From assembly GCA_965215105.1 (NCBI GenBank), contig OZ244051.1, forward strand, positions 5,073,003-5,137,002: a stretch of 64,000 nucleotides of DNA, written 5' to 3'. Below the pieces are notes generated by a model, which was not told the origin of the DNA, did not search any database, and worked only from the letters and a program-made list of their open reading frames with translations. Made by a program: the position numbers and the translations under genes. Position 1 is the stretch's first letter. The number at the start of each line of letters is the position of its first letter. This document shows positions 59,272 through 64,000 of this stretch, one piece after another. The DNA is from Vicinamibacterales bacterium. GTDB taxonomy: Bacteria; Acidobacteriota; Vicinamibacteria; Vicinamibacterales; UBA8438.

Positions 59272-60531
59272 ATGGTCGTCTCCGAGCAGTTCGACAACGG
59301 ATTGCGCCTCCTCACCGAGCCCATGCCCGGTGCGCGCTCGGTCAGCTTCGGAGTCTGGCTGACCCGCGGATCGCGGCACGAGCGGGCTGGGCACTCGGGC
59401 ATCGCGCATCTCGTCGAGCACACGCTGTTCAAGGGCACCGCGACCCGCTCGGCGCAGGACATCGCGCAGGAGATCGATTCGATCGGCGGGCAGATCGACG
59501 CGTTCACCGCCAAGGAGTACGCGAGCTACTACGTCAAGGTGCTCGACGAGCATCTGCCCCGGGCCGTCGACGTCCTGGCCGACATGCTTCTGCGTCCCGC
59601 CTTCGATCCCGAGGAGGTCGCGCGCGAGAAGAAGGTCGTGCTCGAAGAGATCAAGATGGTCGAGGACACTCCCGACGATCTCGTGCACGAGCTCTTCACC
59701 CAGCGCTTCTGGTCGGGGCATCCCCTGGGCCGGCCGATTCTCGGGGTGCCGGCCACCGTGGGCCCCATCGACAGCGCCACCCTGCGCGACTACTTCACGC
59801 GGGTCTACACCGCGGGGAACCTGGTGATCGCGGCGGCGGGCAACGTCGAGCACGAGGCGGTGCGGGACCTGGTGGCGGAGGCTTTCGCGGAGGTGCCGGC
59901 GAACGGCGAGACGGTGCCGATCGCCCCGCCCACCGCCGTGCCCGGGCTCGACGTGCGAGACAAGGGCATCGAGCAGTGCCACGTCTGCCTGGGGGTGAAG
60001 GGCTATCCCCAGGGGCACGACGACCGGTACGTCTGCTACCTGCTGAACATCGTGCTCGGCGGGTCGATGAGCTCGCGGCTCTTCCAGAACATCCGCGAGC
60101 GGCGGGGGCTCGCCTACGCCGTCAGCAGCGGCCTGGTGTCGTACCAGGACGGGGGGGCGCTCACCATCTACGCCGGCTGCGACGCCGACGCGGTGCGCGA
60201 GGTCATCGGTCTCGCCGTCGGCGAGCTGCGGGACCTCCGGGACAACCTCGTCTCCGAGGACGAGCTGCGGCGCGCCCAGGACCATCTGAAGGGCAGCCTG
60301 GTCCTGAGCCTCGAGAGCTCGTCGAGCCGGATGTCGCACATGGCGCGCCAGCAGATGTACTTCGGCCGGCAGTTCACCCTGGAGGACACGCTGCGGGGGG
60401 TGGAGGCGGTCACCCGGGAGGACGTCCGGCGCGTGGCGCGGGATCTGCTGCCGCCGGGAGCGCTCTCGGCGACGGTGCTCGGGCCCGTGAACGGAATTCA
60501 GCTCGGTGACGATCAGCTTGCCCTGGCGTAG
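59272..60531 (+). CDS. M16 (pitrilysin) family zinc peptidase
   Basis: Inverted zinc motif 'HLVEH', 'FKGT', 'AFTAKE', 'SSRLFQNIRERRGLAY'. Confidence 0.92.
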   Translation: MVVSEQFDNGLRLLTEPMPGARSVSFGVWLTRGSRHERAGHSGIAHLVEHTLFKGTATRSAQDIAQEIDSIGGQIDAFTAKEYASYYVKVLDEHLPRAVDVLADMLLRPAFDPEEVAREKKVVLEEIKMVEDTPDDLVHELFTQRFWSGHPLGRPILGVPATVGPIDSATLRDYFTRVYTAGNLVIAAAGNVEHEAVRDLVAEAFAEVPANGETVPIAPPTAVPGLDVRDKGIEQCHVCLGVKGYPQGHDDRYVCYLLNIVLGGSMSSRLFQNIRERRGLAYAVSSGLVSYQDGGALTIYAGCDADAVREVIGLAVGELRDLRDNLVSEDELRRAQDHLKGSLVLSLESSSSRMSHMARQQMYFGRQFTLEDTLRGVEAVTREDVRRVARDLLPPGALSATVLGPVNGIQLGDDQLALA

Positions 60532-60597
60532 GACCGGGCCGCGGACGCCCGGCGGGTCGGCCGCGCCGCGACGCCCCGCGGTCCGGGCCTTCGCGTG

Positions 60598-61451
60598 ATG
60601 CCTGTCCTGCTGACGGTCCTCGGCAGCGGGAGCGCGGGAAACGCGGCGCTGTTGCAGCACGGCGCGTCGAGGGTGCTCATCGACGTCGGGCTGAGCTGCC
60701 GCGAGACGGCCCGGCGGCTGGACGCGATCGGGGTGGCGCCGGAGAGCGTCTCCGCGGTGGCCATCACCCACGCCCACGGCGACCACACCCGCGGCGCGGC
60801 GCTGTTCTCCCGCCGCTACGAGGTGCCGGTGCACGCAACCGAGGCCACGCGCGCCGTCTGGTCCGGCGCCGACGTCTGGTCCTGGGGTCCGCTCGACTGC
60901 GATGCGCCGGCCGACATCGGCGCTTTTCGCGTCACGCCGTTCGAGGTCTCCCACGACGCCGCCGCCGAGACGGTGGCGTTCCACATCGAGACGCCGGCGG
61001 GGGCCGTCGGCTTCGCGACCGACGTCGGCGAGGCGACCCCCGCCCTCCGCACCCGGTTCCGGTGTTGCCGCCTGCTGGTGATGGAGTCGAACCACGCGAC
61101 GGACCTGCTGCGAGTCGGCCCGTACTCGCCGTCCACCAAGGCGCGCATCGCCGGCGAGCGCGGCCATCTGTCGAACGAGGCGCTCGCGCGGTTCGTCCGC
61201 GAGGACCTCGGGCCCTCGGTCGAGTGCCTGGTGCTCGCCCACCTCAGCCGGGTCAACAACCTGCCGGAGCTCGCCGCGATGACCTGCCGCGAGGCCCTCG
61301 AGGCGTCGGGCCGGTCCGATGTCCGCGTCGTCGTGACCCGCCAGGATCGCGTCACGGAGACGGTGCGCCTCGAGGCCCGGCGCGAGCGCCCCGGCCCCGA
61401 TGCCTACCCGGGGCGTCAGATCGCCCTGCCCTTCCAGGTGACCGCAACGTC

Positions 61452-61455
<4 letters not shown>
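60598..61455 (+). CDS. MBL-fold metallo-hydrolase (YycJ/WalJ-like)
   Basis: 'LGSGSAGN', 'THAHGDH', 'SHDA', 'ESNH', 'GHLSN', 'LAHLSRVNN'. Confidence 0.9.
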
Positions 61456-62794
<1,339 letters not shown>

Positions 62795-62798
<4 letters not shown>

Positions 62799-63037
62799 GA
62801 ACGAGAGTGTTCGTGACCCTGAAGCCCTCGGTCTTCGACCCGCAGGGCCGGACCATCGTCGAGGCGCTCGGGTCCATGGGGTACGGGGCGGTGCGGGACG
62901 TGCGGCAGGGGAAGTACTTCGAGCTGGACGTCGACGCGGAGACGCCGGCGGCGGCGCGCACCCTCGTGACCGAGGTCGCGGACCGGCTGCTCGCCAATCC
63001 GGTGATAGAGAGCTACCGGGTGGAGGTGGACGGTTGA
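62795..63037 (+). CDS. purS: Phosphoribosylformylglycinamidine synthase subunit PurS
   Basis: '[12 protein letters not shown]', 'VRQGKYFEL', '[10 protein letters not shown]'; GTGA overlap with purB. Confidence 0.95.
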
Positions 63038-63738
63038 AGTTCGCCATCATCGAGTTCCCCGGCTCCAACTGCGACCACGACGCCTACCACGCCGCGAAGC
63101 ACGTGCTGGGCCAGCAGGCGGAGTTCGTCTGGCACAAGGACACCGACCTGCGGGGCGCCGACGTGGTGGTGCTCCCGGGGGGGTTCTCGTACGGGGACTA
63201 CCTGCGGACCGGGGCCATCGCCCGCTTCTCGCCGGTGATGGGGCGGGTCCGCGAGTTCGCCGACGCCGGCGGGCCGGTCATCGGCATCTGCAACGGGTTC
63301 CAGGTGCTGCTCGAGGCCGGGTTCCTGGAAGGCGCCCTGCTGCGGAACCGCCGGCTGAAGTTCCTCTGCCGGCACGTGCACGTCCGGGTGGAGCGGACCG
63401 ACACCCCGTTCACCCGCGCGGCGGCGGAGGGGCAGGTGCTGAGGCTGCCGATCGCGCACGGGGAGGGCAGCTACCACGCGGCGCCGGAGACGGTGACCGC
63501 CCTCGAGGCGAACCGGCAGATCGTCTTCCGCTACTGCGACGCCGGGGGTGCGGTGACCGACGCCGGCAACCCCAACGGGTCGCTGCACGCGGTCGCGGGG
63601 GTGTGCAACCGGCGCGGCAACGTCGTCGGCCTCATGCCGCATCCCGAGCGCGCGTGCGAGTCGGCCCTCGGGAGCGAGGACGGCCGGGTGGTGCTCGAGT
63701 CGGCAGTGACGGCGATGGCCGCGACGGGTGCCGCGTGA
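63034..63738 (+). CDS. purQ: Phosphoribosylformylglycinamidine synthase glutaminase subunit
   Basis: 'FPGSNCD', '[11 protein letters not shown]', 'GICNGFQ', 'AHGEG', 'MPHPER'. Confidence 0.96.
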   Translation: MKFAIIEFPGSNCDHDAYHAAKHVLGQQAEFVWHKDTDLRGADVVVLPGGFSYGDYLRTGAIARFSPVMGRVREFADAGGPVIGICNGFQVLLEAGFLEGALLRNRRLKFLCRHVHVRVERTDTPFTRAAAEGQVLRLPIAHGEGSYHAAPETVTALEANRQIVFRYCDAGGAVTDAGNPNGSLHAVAGVCNRRGNVVGLMPHPERACESALGSEDGRVVLESAVTAMAATGAA

Positions 63739-64000
63739 TCGAGCAGGCCACCATCGACGCGCACGGGTTGAGCGCGGAGGAGTACCGCCGGCTCGTGGAG
63801 ATCCTCGGGCGCGAGCCGACCCTCACCGAGCTGGGGATCTTCTCGGTGATGTGGTCCGAGCACTGCAGCTACAAGAGCTCGCGCCGGCATCTGCGCCGCC
63901 TCCCGACCGACGGTCCGCGCGTCCTGCAGGGGCCGGGCGAGAACGCGGGCGCCGTCGACGTCGGCGACGGCCTCGCCGCGGTCTTCAAGATCGAGTCTCA
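63735..64000 (+). CDS. purL: Phosphoribosylformylglycinamidine synthase subunit PurL, 3'-truncated by the window edge
   Basis: '[34 protein letters not shown]', '[11 protein letters not shown]', 'FKIESH'. Confidence 0.95.
   Translation, partial: MIEQATIDAHGLSAEEYRRLVEILGREPTLTELGIFSVMWSEHCSYKSSRRHLRRLPTDGPRVLQGPGENAGAVDVGDGLAAVFKIES

Overview
A very GC-rich bacterial chromosomal window. A PadR + duplicated orphan permease (ADOP) pair, many signal-peptide-bearing hydrolases and AAA/PD-(D/E)XK genes suggest Acidobacteriota, possibly Vicinamibacteria; this taxonomy is inferred. The backbone carries a partial sulfatase, mtgA, a TatT-DctP-DctQM TRAP system, an ArgE/DapE deacylase, thiO, a mycobacterial Sdh1-type succinate dehydrogenase operon, an SSS symporter, a zinc metalloprotease, TerC, PAP2, a Tet-type MFS, NhaC, a GH-GT2 fusion, an M20 amidohydrolase, mtaB, a PQQ dehydrogenase, rlmN, an M16 peptidase, an MBL hydrolase and purB-purS-purQ-purL. 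Three accessory blocks interrupt it. (i) A defence-like block at about 23.7-29.2 kb. (ii) A 4.5 kb PadR/ADOP island bounded by an exact 35-bp direct repeat that reads as a promoter. (iii) The best candidate for an undescribed system: a lower-GC cluster at about 43.3-48.7 kb with an ECF sigma factor, a secreted 6-Cys/6-Trp peptide, a membrane-anchored thioredoxin-rhodanese fusion, a MacB/FtsX-type permease and a TonB-C-rhodanese lipoprotein, where both rhodanese domains share an unusual CX7C loop. A GTAG-type REP-like repeat family, several leaderless promoters and tandem duplications at gene ends are also visible. I saw no rRNA, tRNA, CRISPR array or intact transposase. Family assignments come from motif recognition by eye, not from database searches.
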